Positions 24,900 to 37,249 of a stretch of 64,000 bases of DNA are shown in pieces; within the stretch, counting starts at the first letter, position 1; each line of letters starts with the position of its first letter. The notes beneath the pieces are model-generated. The model saw only the letters and a program-made list of their open reading frames with translations, was not told the DNA's origin and did no database searches. The DNA is from Psammoneis japonica (Eukaryota). The translations under genes and the position numbers were made by a program. The DNA lies in contig QPGO01000066.1 in the NCBI GenBank assembly GCA_008632985.1, positions 1-64,000 of the forward strand. Reading direction: 5' to 3'.

Positions 24900-26120
24900 C
24901 ACAATGTCTCAATGTGTGCGCCAAAAAACAATGATGCCTTTGAGTTATCCTCGTCCTCACACCCAACCCCACTCCTCATCTCCTTGCAAAGATTGCGTCC
25001 TTCAAAGTGGTGGATCACACTTTGCATCTCTTGGCATCCAATGGCTCACATGTGGCGTCAATTGTGATGGATTAGATCCACAGCTGGACTTCAGTTGTGG
25101 CAGCAGTGATGAGATCATGGTTGTCAACATTCAAAGCAACAACAATCAAAGTCCGTCTTGCTCGCAGAATGGACGCAGCTTGCACAAATGCACAAACCAT
25201 GCCAAATTGGGCTCATTTGGAGGCTTTGCTGATGTGGAAGCAGACACTAGAATTCTGTTCCATTGCAACAGTTCTTCAGCTTTTGGACTGTTGGCTGAGG
25301 CATTGACCCCCAGGCAAGGTGGCCTCATGTGCCAATGGAACTCAAACTCTGTCACCCAAACAATTGGCATGTTTTACCAGGATTTTTCTGCAAGGAATTT
25401 GTCTCACGTTCCACAGATTGCAATTTCTCTCAATGCACTGCCACTGATTTTTGCACTGGTTCATTTCAAGTTGGCTCGTGTGTGATTCCCTCCTTCCCCT
25501 CTGTGTCCACAGAGGTGTCTCCAATTCCATCTGCTGGTGTGTCAAGACCAGAGACACCAAGGCCCACACCAAGATCCACATCACAATCCACTCCAAGGCC
25601 CACGCCAAGGCCCACAGATGCGCCTGCTCCAACAATCTTGGGTGCAGCCGTGTCAAGTGGACTTTGCAGCAGCAGATCCCGATGGACAAGTGGTGCCTCA
25701 ACGGATGTGAGCGGTGTGTCAAGCACTCAGGCCTGTGTTGAAGAACGCAGCAGTCATCAAGGTGGCAGTCTTGCATTCACCATGTTCTTTCCCTCCTGTC
25801 AAGAGGCACCACATGGTGTTCATGCTTTGCATCCACCCCGAAAGTTGAAGCTGGCACAACTGAGGATGGATGCTGGTGTGGATCTTTTCATGCTGTGAAT
25901 TTGGAATGCCCGGACATGTGAGTGTGCTGTTTTCTTGGACTTGCGCTGCATTGCACATGCCAGATGATCAACTGACAAATGCAGCATCTCTGTTGTTCGC
26001 TTGCACTCAGGTTTGATGCATCACCAACCACAAATCCTTCTCCCTTGATGCCCACACCAAGGCCCAACCTGTCTCCCTTGCTCCCCAATTCAACTCCATC
26101 TGGGACTCCTGGCTCCAAAG
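24900..26120 (+). pseudogene. Decayed surface/secreted protein remnant with Pro-Thr repeats
   Basis: RPETPRPTPRSTSQSTPRPTPRPTDAPAPT and SPTTNPSPLMPTPRP segments, with frameshifts and the TpA-loss signature. Confidence 0.4.
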
Positions 26121-26228
26121 AGTTGGGTCAAAGGCCCGCATCACACCTGCGCCCCAGAGATTTTACAACGATGGCTGGCAGTTTTGGATTGATGACCCAC
26201 CTGTTGTTTGTGTGAATGTGAAGACATC

Positions 26229-26681
26229 TGCAACACACAGCCACCAACAAGAGTCAATGCATCACGGCGACGTGTTGCAGCCTTTAAATGTCACAAAGGG
26301 CGTGACAAAAATGACCTTTTGTCTGCATGCATGCTGCGTTGTGAATTCACAGCGGAGTGGTTCATCGCAACCATTGGGCAGGAGGCCAGGGGTTCGAAAC
26401 CCTGAGTGGGAGTTGTCTGCAGCAACGTTGATCACTGTCGAAAGCGCAAAACTCTGTGCAGTTCTGCATGTTCCTTCGTGCGCACCGGTGCCCACACTGT
26501 TCCGCCAAAACCGTGCAGCGTCAGTGCACGTTAGCAAAGAGCCGCATGGACGCGTGACACATGGGGAGGAGTGCAACACACAGCTGCCAACAAGAGTCAA
26601 TGCATCACGGCGACGTGTTGCAGCCTTCAAATGTCACAAAGGGCATGACAAAAATGACCTTTTGTCTGCATGCATGCTGCA
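26229..26681 (+). mobile_element. TRIM-like non-autonomous LTR element (110-bp terminal repeats) with an internal tRNA-like segment
   Basis: Direct repeats 26229-26338 and 26572-26681 start with TG and differ at 4 sites. Polypurine tract GGGGAGGAG at 26563-26571. CATC flanks both ends. Confidence 0.8.
26343..26412 (+). ncRNA. tRNA-like / Pol III internal promoter (degenerate; not a functional tRNA call)
   Basis: A-box-like CAGCGGAGTGG at 26350 (TAGC... before TA>CA), a GCG/CGC D-stem, and B-box GGTTCGAAACC at 26391 with a T-stem. Confidence 0.55.
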
Positions 26682-28122
26682 CATCATCTGTCAAGGTCGT
26701 TGGTCACAGAGGGTCTTGTTTGTTGTGCTTGCTGTTGGTGACAGGCAAGATCACATGTCGCACCATGCCGCACTGCATGCAAACATTGGCAAAGACATTT
26801 GCACCCAGTTGTCCAGGGACTGCCGCACTCTGCACTGGCATCAACTGCAGCATGCCAACTGACGGCTCTGGGATCACAGGGTTGAGAAGGTGATCACATC
26901 ATAGAGAGACTGCACTGGCACACAACAACATGATGTGAAGTGAGAAAAAATGGATTGACTCAAATCATCCGCGGAGTTCATGCATGCATTGCAAAAGTTC
27001 CAGTCATGGCATTCTGTGAAAGGGGTCTCTTTTTGTCGGTCACCACCTTTTGCAAGGTCTGACGAGACAAAGACTTCAGTGATGAAAAACTGCTCTTGTT
27101 GTGTCTTGTAGAATCATTGATGCCACACATCAGAAAAACAGGGTGCACGACACTGCACTCTTCCCTTCCATGATTTGAGTCCTGAGAATCATGTGGGGTT
27201 CAAAAATTCAAAAAGGTTTTGGAGGCAAAGAAGGGAAACCCAAGTGTTGGGGAAAAAACCCTTTGCCTCAAGTCCGATGCAGAACAATGCACCAAACATT
27301 AAGTCGTTCCACCACATGAGGTGCACATTGAACCACAAGTGTGCCATTGGCATGTGCTGGAACAATGGGATGCAGACCATGTGCTCATGGCTTGAGCTTG
27401 GCAGGATCAGTGGATTTGACAAGGATTTGTCCACCAACTTGAAAATCGCAGGATTGTTGTTTGAAATTTGCTCTGCAGAGATTAGTGTTGACAATTGCTT
27501 GGCGATGTTCTTGAACAGCGGCAAGATCTGTCAGAGCTGGTGGGCCCAGTGTCATGTTGCATTGAAATGCCATTGCACCCGGCAAAATCTTGAGAGCACA
27601 GGATGCCGCACATTGCATTGCATGCATTGCTGTTGCCAATGTGTTGTCCACCATTTGATTGGCTTGTCCAATGTTCTGTGGAGGACAAACATGAAGTGAA
27701 GTGCACAAGATGTTCCCAACAGTTTGATGCACGCATTTGCATGCCACATTGGCTTGTGGGTTCCATGAAGTTGTCGGTGCATTGTCCACTCCTGCCTGTT
27801 GCAACATTGATTGAAATTCTTCTCCAATGAATTCTCCACCATTGTCATGAATGCAATGGTTGGGACGAGGATGACAAGACAACCAACAATTTTCAAATTG
27901 CTGAGCAATGTGAGACAAGGTTTTGTTTTCAATGCAAATGAGTTTGGCAACATTCAAGACAGCATCAACACAAGTCAAAGCATTGAACTCAATCTCATGG
28001 CCCTGGATGTCAATCTTCCAAGGACCAATGAGGTCAGCTGCTGCTTCATTCCATGGTGGCAAAGGTGCTTCACACTCAGGCAGGTTCCCACATCCAGGTC
28101 CCAAAGTTTTCAAACGTTGACA

Positions 28123-28518
28123 GATGCGTTCCAGACGCAGGTGGGAATCCGTGCGACATTGGGCCCGTGGACTTCTACGTGCGAGCTCCGCAGCAAAATT
28201 GTGCGGCAATTAAAATGTCAATGATCGCCAACAGAAAATGAGGCAATTTTGCGAATGCACAAACTCGCACATGATTGAAGTGCATCATTTTTTACTCAGC
28301 CAGTTGCATTCTTCAGACATTGAAGAATGTAACTGGTGCATTGTTGTTTCTATAAATTTGTCACATAAAACGTCTGGGGCTTCGCAAAACAGCGAGTCTG
28401 GACAATTTTTTTTAAATGTCACACGTAGAAATCCACGCACGAAACATGCGACGGATGACAAAAATTGTTGTTGTCACACGTCAGTGCTGCGAGCTCCCAC
28501 CCAGGGCTGGAACGCGTC
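28123..28518 (+). mobile_element. MITE family A copy 1 (396 bp), inserted in the Gypsy integrase
   Basis: Termini GATGCGTTCCAG...GGTGGG and CCCAC...CTGGAACGCGTC, with 4-bp TSD GACA. Removing it restores ...ADCQRLKTLGPG. Confidence 0.88.
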
Positions 28519-28689
28519 GACAATCAGCACAATGGGAATTTTCACAATTCTGATGCAGGACAGGATGATGAAAATGCGCGCCAACAGCAGAGTGCATTTG
28601 ATGCACTCCCGCATGATCCCATGACACCACCGTGTCATGTTGGGCAACAAAGCAGTTGGTGTGCAGATTTTCCACAAGGTTGGAGGATC

Positions 28690-29086
28690 GACGCGTTCCA
28701 GCCCCAGGTGGGAGCTCGCAGTGCTGTCGTGTGACAACAACAATTTTCATCATCCGTCGCATGTTTCGCACGTAGATTTCTATGTTGATGTTTAAAAAAA
28801 ATTGTCCAGACTCGCTGTTTTGCGAAGCCCCAGACGTTTTACATGACAAATTTATAGAAACAACAATGCACGCCAGTTGCATTCTTCAATGTCTGAAGAA
28901 TGTAACTGGCTGAGTAAAAAATGATGTGCTTCAATCATGTGCGAGTTTGTGCATTCGCAAAATTGCCTCATTTTCTGTTGGCGATCATTGACATTTTAAT
29001 TGCCGCATGATTTTACTGCGGAGCTCGCACGCAGAAGTCTGCGGGCCCAATGTCACATGGATTCCCACCTGTGCCTGGAACGCGTC
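28690..29086 (-). mobile_element. MITE family A copy 2 (397 bp), opposite orientation, inserted in Gypsy pol
   Basis: Termini GACGCGTTCCAG / CTGGAACGCGTC with 4-bp TSD GATC. Removing it restores ...HPNDPPTLWKIC. Confidence 0.88.
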
Positions 29087-31557
29087 GATCATTTGGATGA
29101 ATGCAACAACAAATCACAGGGCACTGATTCACATGTTCAACAATGAAGTGCTTGGGATGCTGTTGTTGCATGTCACTCAGTTCTCCATCAACAAATTGAT
29201 GTTCTTGGATCCGCTGCACAGTTGTTGGGTTCTGCATTTCATCAAGGGAAGGACAGCTCAAGAACAATTCACACAATTTGGGATCATCCACAAAGAAGGA
29301 GCAGAAGGGAGATGGTTCTTCATGACGACAGTAAAAATGAGATGCGAGGTCTGGTTTGTTGATTTCCTCTTCTTTGTGAGGCAACAGAGCAGTGTCAATC
29401 ACCTTAAAATTAATCAGTTTGCCCTTGTTTGGAGCGCACTTCCCTTCCGCAGGAGGTTCCATGCAAGGCAATTGTGAAAAACAATCAGCCAACAGGTTGT
29501 CCTTGCCGTCAATGCATTTGACGGTTAGAGTGAAGTCTTCCAAGAAGAGTTGCCACCTGAGCACTTGTTGAGAATTGAGTGTGCAAAAGGTGAGATTTTT
29601 ATGATCGGCAAAAACAGCACAATCAGTTCCAAGTGACATGGTGCGAAACTCTTTGAAACACATTGCCACGTCCAACAGTTCCTTTTCAATGGTGGAACAA
29701 CTTTGTTGCACTGCACTGAGCTTTTGCAACCAACAGGCCACTGGCTTTCTGTCTTGCATGATCACGGCTCCCATCTGACAGTCCAAGAAATCAGCACAAA
29801 TGTGGAAGGGCTTGTTGTGATCTGGATGAACCCAAAGGGTGCCATCCAGCATCAATGTCTTCACATCTTCAAAAGCTTGTTGATGCTCAGGAGTCCACTC
29901 CAGTTTGCTCTTGCCTGTTAACTTCATAAGCAGAGCAAGCACATGAGAGCAACGGGGGGCCACATGTTGCAACAACAGGCAATGGCTCTGAAAAAAGATC
30001 GCAGTTGTGTCATGGTTTGTGGAGGTTGCATTTGCAGCACTGCATCTGCTTTCATTTTCCATGGTCGAACTCCTGCAGGCACAAGCCAATGGCCCAGAAA
30101 ATCCATCTCTTGGATGCACCACTTGCATTTGAGCGGATTGACCTTGAGATCATTTTCCTCTAGCGCAGATGACAACTCATCAAATCAACGCATGTGAGCA
30201 CAAAACGAATCATCAAATTGAGCAATGTCATCAACACAGGTCTCAACATCAAGTCCATTCGCCACTTTCTTGATGACAGCTTGAGTGACATCAGGAGCAG
30301 TTTTCAAACCCATGGCCAGTCAACAGCATCAAAACTTCCCAAACAGAGTGACAATGGCACACAAATCATTGGATTCTTTGTCCAGTTCAATGTGGCAGCA
30401 GAACATGGTGAGGTCCAATTTGGTCAAGCATTTGCATCCCAAATGCCGGTGAACAACATCTTGAATTGTTGGCAAAGGGCACACCTTCTGCTTGAGCACT
30501 TTGTTCAACTCTCGGAAATCAGATGCCCATCAAACTCGTCCATCTTTCTTGGGAGTTGCAAAAGTTCTAGCCACCCATTCCATTGGTCCGCTGGTTCCAA
30601 GACACCAACACATCACACAAGTGTTGCAGTTCTTTCTTGAAAACTGCTTTGTCTTATTTGGACACTTCACAAGCTTTAGAGTGGAAAGGCGTTGCATTGG
30701 GATCAACTTCCAAGTGGACGGTCTCGTGTGGATGTCTGCCAAGTGTTCCATCAAAAAGGGTTTCATGCTTCTCAAGCACGGTTTGGAGCTCATTGCGTTG
30801 CTTGTGAGTCAAATGAGTTTGAGATTGCACTGCCTTTGCAATTGACACCTTCTTGCACTTGGCGTCCAACACAAACAATTGACCTTGCAGGTCCTCATCG
30901 TCTTTGTCTTCCTGGTGATCATCAAGCACATCCAACCAGTTCTGAGCTGAGTTCCAGTGATTGGATTGCTTCATCGGGATCAACACATCCAGCCATTTCA
31001 TGATCTCAAACAAAAAATCAAGTGCTGTTCCAGCCTTGGAAAGGAAGTCTTGGCCCAACATCATGTCACATTTGCACGGAGTGTCAAAAACTTGAGCAGC
31101 AATGCCATCAACTTGTTTGGACTTGTCAAATTTGGGTGACACCCAGATGATTCTTCATGACAACACATTGGGAGGATTCGCATTGTCCAGCCACCATCTG
31201 GAAGCTCAGTTGTCCCTCATCATTCATGGTCAGATTGGCTCCCTTTGGCAGAACTTGAGAATGAACAAGGGTGTCAACACCCCCTGAATCCAACAACATG
31301 CGCAACATCCTCTCACTTTCTTGATTTTGAATTGCACGTGCTGCCATCAACGTTGCAGGCACCCCATTCAATGTTTTGGGAGTTGCAGTTTTTGGGGTTG
31401 GTGCAGCACACTCCAAAGCACCACCCAAATTTTCTTCATTCATGGCATGAGATTCCATCAGGTCTCCCACATCTTCTTCAACATTAAAACACATGTTCTC
31501 ACATGAAACACAAAAAGATTGAGTGACACACTCCAACTCAGGCACTTCCGTCCCTTG

Positions 31558-32721
31558 TCAATTGTGCCAACTTTGTTGGCCTTGAGGGAAACAACCACTC
31601 TGATTGCACCCATTTCCACCTTGCATCTTGCAAGGCCCTCCTTGATCAAAATGGTGCAACTCCATTTGCCAGCCACCAGGAGGAGCTGCTCCAGCTGGAT
31701 TTCCATGGCCTTGGGCATCACCACTGGCTTGGGTGCCATTTTGATTTTGACAATGGGATCCATTTCCCTGAGAATTCTGGGAATTGTTGCAGTTGCCGTG
31801 ACCTCGGCCTCCACAACTGCCTTGGTTGCCGCAGCCTCCTTGACCATGACCTTGGAAGTCACCACAACCTCCTTGGCCTTGCTGTCCTCTTCCTTGATGA
31901 TTCCCTTGTTGGCCTCCACCACGACCTCCACCATGACCTCCTCCACGGTCTGACCTTGGTTGACCATTTTGGCTTTCCGGATTCAGGGTGCAATCCTTCC
32001 ACTTGTGATTGTGGTCAGTGTGCACTGGACACTTGGCTTCCAGGTCAACTCCACCGCTGTTGCCTGGAAGATGCCTTGAAGCTTGAGATGAAGGACCACT
32101 GCTGATCCTCTTCTTGTCTTGCTTCTTGTTGCTGCTCTTGTTGGCAAAGAATCTCTTGTTGTTCATGTGACTGCTGATCTCAACAAGGCTGTCGTTGGCT
32201 GTCGAACATCCCACACAAGCACGCATTTCACGCCAAGGACAAGGAAAACTCTTGAACGTCATTTTTTTCTTCTGGGCCTCGTTGGCTTGGGGAGCATTTC
32301 CTGGCAACTTGTTGACATGGCAAATCAAGGTTTCCATGCAATCAGCATGTGCCTGTGCTTCCAATTTGAACAGTTTTTTCAAGGTCAGCAGATGCTCAAT
32401 CATGGTGTCATGCGCTTCATCATCACAATGGGGCAAATAAAAACGATTTGTCTCCTGATCAAAATGCACAACAGTCTTGTCAGCATCATCAACAGGATCA
32501 GTCAAATTTGCCTGCTTGTCCTCAGCTGCATCAGCCAACACTTCTTTGAAATTGTCAAACAATTCCTCTCCGGTTGCAAACTCAAATTTCACGGCAATTT
32601 TACAAAAACAATCTTCAACAAATGACAAGGCTTCAACACCATGAGCACCATCAAAACATGGACACTTCCTTGTATGAGCACTGCCATCATCATGCAACTG
32701 AGTCAACTTCACCTCCTCCAA
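31558..32721 (-). pseudogene. gag: Gypsy gag remnant
   Basis: 387-aa ORF with a CPVHTDHNHKWKDC zinc-knuckle-like motif and a Gly/Gln-rich tail, just inside the 5' LTR. It contains a single Tyr. Confidence 0.75.
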
Positions 32722-35700
32722 ATCAGAATGTTCAAACTCAGCTTCATGGCTGGTGCAAGGATGTTTTCAATGATTCACTCATTGTGGAAAATAGAACACA
32801 GTTGCTCAACAGTCCTTTCCAGGGACTCTGCCTTTGACTCCAAATGACGTGCTTGGCTTGCCAAATTCTGTTTGTGTCATTTACGCTGTTGCACTTGTTT
32901 CTGATGCTCAACAACCCAAACTGCTGCTCTTGCTCGCAGTTCTCATTTCTCACATTCAGTCAATTTATTTGCATTGTTTCCAGTCTCCATCCAGTTCTTT
33001 AAATTGACCGCAATTACAGTGCAAGGTCCAACAAGATAAAGACTTCAGTGACAACAAAATTGCAAGCAAAAGACCAAGGTGACGAGGTCACTTTCGGCGA
33101 AGCCCGTTGCAACAGCTCTCGTCATGTCTCACAGAATCACCAATGCTGTGTGTCAGAAAAATGGGGTGTGCGACACTGCACCTTTGCCGCACAGCACACT
33201 GCACAACAGAACCAAAGAACATTTCAATTGAGTCATGGCACTCTAATCTGTCAAAGGTTGCAGCAAAGTGTTGCAGGGCCCCATGTCGCAAATCACCACA
33301 CAATGATGAAGCAAGACAACATGCATCATGTCCCAATTCCCACCGGCACTCTCCTCTCTCCCATTGTTCACTGGTTGCGCTTTGTTTGGCTTTGTTCATT
33401 TTTCAATGCACATGGATGGCCACAGTCAGGCGGGTGAGGCATTCCCAGCAGTGGTGACTTTGTCAAGCGCAGCAAAGAAGAAGAAGAAGAGAAGAAACAC
33501 AATGGCACCAAAGTGCTCCAAAAAACTTCCCATGACAACAATGATGCATCTCCTCACAAGAAGAAGAAGAAGAAGAAGAAGAAACAAAGAAAGGCAAAGA
33601 CACCTCTTAGCACCACCAAACCAAAAACAGTTCATGACTTGCATCGCACGCATCAAAAAAGCAAAAGGAGTGTGGTTTGGACAAAATGCTGCCAACAAAC
33701 AATGGACGTGCAGTGTCAGCAAGCTGTGGTGATGATTCTGGCAAGAGGAGGCAAAAATGCATCTCACACCAAGACAATCTACAAGCAACTGCCCTGCACA
33801 AACAACAGCAGCAACAAAAATGCCAGGACGTCAATGGTGCAAAAGATTGGAGTGGGCACACAGGCAGACACTGAGGAAAAGACAAGAAGTGCAAATTTCA
33901 CAGTGGCACAAATCAAAGCAGATGCTCCCAGGAGCTGCAAGAAGAGAAGGTTGAGGGGGGGGGGAGAAAATTGTGATGAAGAAGCTGGTGTTGACATCAA
34001 CCACATTCCCCTGGAGCCTTTGCTTGCTGTCATCTGCCTGACACTTCCACAAGCAGTGTTGGCAATGAGCCAATGAACACTTGGCTCACAAAGTGCCAAA
34101 GCTTTCAGCGCACACTTTGTGCACTTAATTTTGGCCTGGCTGCAAAGTGTTTGTGCTTTTCAGTGTGTGCTTTGCAGCTGACATCATCCAACATGACACT
34201 CACATTGAGCGCCAATTTTGCACATCTGCAACCTGGTTCATTCTTTGGACATTTCTCATCTGATGTGAGCCCTTGAGCTTCAGTCATTTGCAGAGCTGAT
34301 GTCATCATTTTGTGGTTTGACTGGAGCTCTGAAGCTCAGGCATGCTGCAGCAAGTGTTGTTGACATTGCACATCACCCATCACAACACATGCAGGCTGGT
34401 TGCACTTGGAAATCAAGTGTGTTTGCATGCATCAGAGTCAGGCCAAAAATGACAGACCAGCCATCCAATGTTTCATCTGATTCATTGCAGTCAGACCACA
34501 CACCATTTGACCAATTTGCCACATGCAACATGGGGGAATTCAAGCACGGCATTGCTTCTTTCTTGTTGTGATCATTTGACCAGGAGAATGAAAGCAACAT
34601 TTGGAATGAGTGATCTCACAAGCACAGTGCCCACATGTCAATGATTTTCTTGCCAAAGCAATCTGATGCATTGCAGTTTGTTTTTTGCAAAATGAAATTC
34701 TGGCTGTTGTCATCTGCTGGTGTTCTGTGGATGTTGGAGTTTTTGTTGATTGTGCTCATGTTGAAAAGGAAAATGATGCTCACAGCATCTTCAAATGAAG
34801 CATTTGTCCCTTTTTGATTGGATTGGCACAGTTGATGTGCTCTCCTGATGTCAGAAGGGCTTGGTTGACTGCTGCACCTGTTCTTGCATGGGCCGCACAT
34901 TGACAGTTGTGCTTGATTGCCGGGACAGGGACTGTGCAATGGCACATGATGGGGGCAATGCTGGGAGCATCAATGTGACAACAAATCAAGTTTTTACAAC
35001 CCGCAATTCATGGAGAAGGATCTTCTTTTGAAGAATCTGTGAAACAAGTGTGCAAGAGCTCATCATGTTGGAAATCAAAAAGTCAACATTCTGTGCTTTG
35101 GTTTGACAAAATGTGCACTCACTGCCAAAGAACAAATCTGTCATTCATTGCCAGCGGATGTTTCCCATGCTTTTTTGCTTTTGTTTGACTAAAAAATTGC
35201 TGCTGATTTTCCTTCAAGCCAAAGGATCTCTTCTTCTTGGTGATTCAATTGTGTCAAGTTGTTTCAGGTCTGACTCCTGCAAAATGGGAATTGTTGTGTG
35301 AGGTTTGAGTGCTGCAGTGCAAACCAAAAAGGGATCATGCTTGTTGTGCAAAACTGTGGTGGATGTTCATGGTGGAAAGTGGAGGCCCACTGTTCAAGGG
35401 ACCATGAATGGATGCAACACACAAAGGTCAATCAAGATTTTGATTCCTTTTGTTTTGAACAACCCCCCCAACAAACCAAGGAATGTCTTCTCAGCGCCAA
35501 TTGCATCAGATGAGGCTCTTTGTGGACTGCACATGGTGGAATCTGCAAACTAGTTGCTGCAAGAAAATGCAGTTGGACTGGACACTTGCGAAGCTCTTGG
35601 TTTCTCCACTGCAAGAAACATTCCTGAAATGCCAGTTGCTCATGTGACACTTTGACGGACAAGGTGCAAGCTCCTTCAGAACTCATTTTTGTGGCACTGG

Positions 35701-37249
35701 AAGCTGCCAAACACAATGCTTGGCAGCAAGCCACCTCCATGGGTGTTCCTCTCTCTGTCTTGGATCAAGCACTGAATCAATTGCAAGTGATGCACTGCCA
35801 GAAATGATCGTCACAGTCTCTTGCACTGTGCAGGCACAAGGAACGCCGCCACCCAACTTGGATTCTTCACAAGTCAGATTGGTCAAGTCTTGGACATTCA
35901 ATTTGGGCATTTAAGTGACAAACAGCTTGCAGCTTGGGTGGACAAGAACAAAATGTGTTGGCGCAGTCTGCATGAGCATGCACACATGCAGCATTTCCAT
36001 TTTCACAGGGCGCTTGAGATGGAATCAGGAAAAAGCATGTTGCAGCCTCTGTGCATTGTTTGAATTCAATTGTGAGTTGGGCCATGTCACGCATGCTTGT
36101 GCATCACACTTTGGAGAAACGCATTGTTTGGAACCAAATCTGCTTTCTCAACAACACTTCACAAGGTTTCTTGGTTGATCTCTCTCTCTCTTGAGTGTGC
36201 AGAAAGATTGGATCTCTTGCAGTCCTGACAGTGCAGCATTTAAGTGTCCAGCAAACCTTGTGAATGGACTGTTTTTGCTGCCAAGCCTGCAGTGATGTGC
36301 TCTAAAATGAGAATCTCAGCATGCGTCATTTGCATCAAATGCATTTGTTTGCCACTGTGCATTCTGTAAAAAGACACAGATGAGCTTCAATCAGTGGATC
36401 AATCATTGAAAGTCATTGTGGAGATGTGCACTGGCAACACAATGAAGTCCAATGGGTTCTGACAGATTTGGATGGTGCCTTTCATTGTCATGAGATGGAA
36501 GGATTGTTGGAGTTGGTGACACAAATGTGGGTGCAATGCCAATGGTGTTGATGAGCCCTGCACAACTCAACTCCTTGTTGATGTGTGCTCACCTGCTTGG
36601 ATGGGAGGATGCCAAAGTTTTGGAACAGTGGATTGTGCTTGCTGCATGTTGAGGCAAGCAGCTGCACCATGCAAACACTGCCAATGTGTGGTTTGTTTGC
36701 AACCCAATCCTCAGTGCATTGTGCACTCAAGAATGACTCCATCAAGAAAACAACCATGTCTCCAAATCGCAAGTCCCAAGAAGACAAGGCTTCTAAAAAA
36801 TGAGCAAAAGAGACGTTTTTCTCCAAAAGTGAATCTGGATCAAGCTCTTCTCCACCATCCATTGACTGCAGTGTCATGGCAAGGTTGAAATCCCACACTC
36901 TGTCAACCACCCAAGCAGAGACTTTCCAAACAAAGCTCAACAGAATTGCACTTGTCATCCCACCACATGATTGGATTCCTGCAACAATTCCTCATGATGG
37001 TTTGATTGACAGTGCACCATTGGAAAAGGTGTGCCTGAATGGGTGTGGTGACATCTTTGTGTCTCCATCACTTCAGCACCCAGTTTGACACGCCAGCATT
37101 GGCACAGTCTGCTGTGCTCTTGGATGCCCCTTCTGTTGGATGGACAATTGCCTGCAGGAGTTGCTCCTTTGTCAGTTCCTTGATGTTTTCATGATCTGTT
37201 TCAGGGGGCAGAGCCGTCTGATGCTCCATCCATCTCACCAAGTCAACAA

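Larger units (their letters stand above)
27190..31545 (-). pseudogene. pol: Gypsy pol remnant (protease, RT, RNase H, integrase), interrupted by two MITEs
   Basis: Protease LLDSGG. RT motifs FATPKKDGRV, KLDLTMFCCHIELD and CVDD at 30227-30238. RNase H HPDHNKPFHIC...EKELL...DHKNL. Integrase DLIGPW, HDNGGEF and NPQAN. Confidence 0.9.
27051..33180 (-). mobile_element. Full-length decayed Ty3/Gypsy LTR retrotransposon
   Basis: LTRs at 27051-27157 (internally deleted) and 33020-33180 read TG...CA. 5-bp TSD CCTTT at 27046-27050 and 33181-33185. PPT complement CTCTTCCCTTCC follows 27157. Domain order on the minus strand is gag-PR-RT-RH-INT. Confidence 0.93.

Noticed and set aside
26343..26412. Functional tRNA gene
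   Set aside because: The anticodon arm and acceptor stem do not pair properly, and it lies inside a mobile element.
28123..29086. One ~960-bp foldback element, or inverted LTRs
   Set aside because: Each arm has its own TIRs and a distinct 4-bp TSD, and the spacer is Gypsy integrase sequence, so these are two independent insertions.
27190..32721. Alternative genetic code, or a diversity-generating retroelement (adenine mutagenesis)
   Set aside because: Neighbouring genes use Tyr normally and non-coding LTRs and MITEs show the same change. The changes are TpA-specific transitions on both strands, there is no template/variable repeat pair, and the RT is Gypsy-type.
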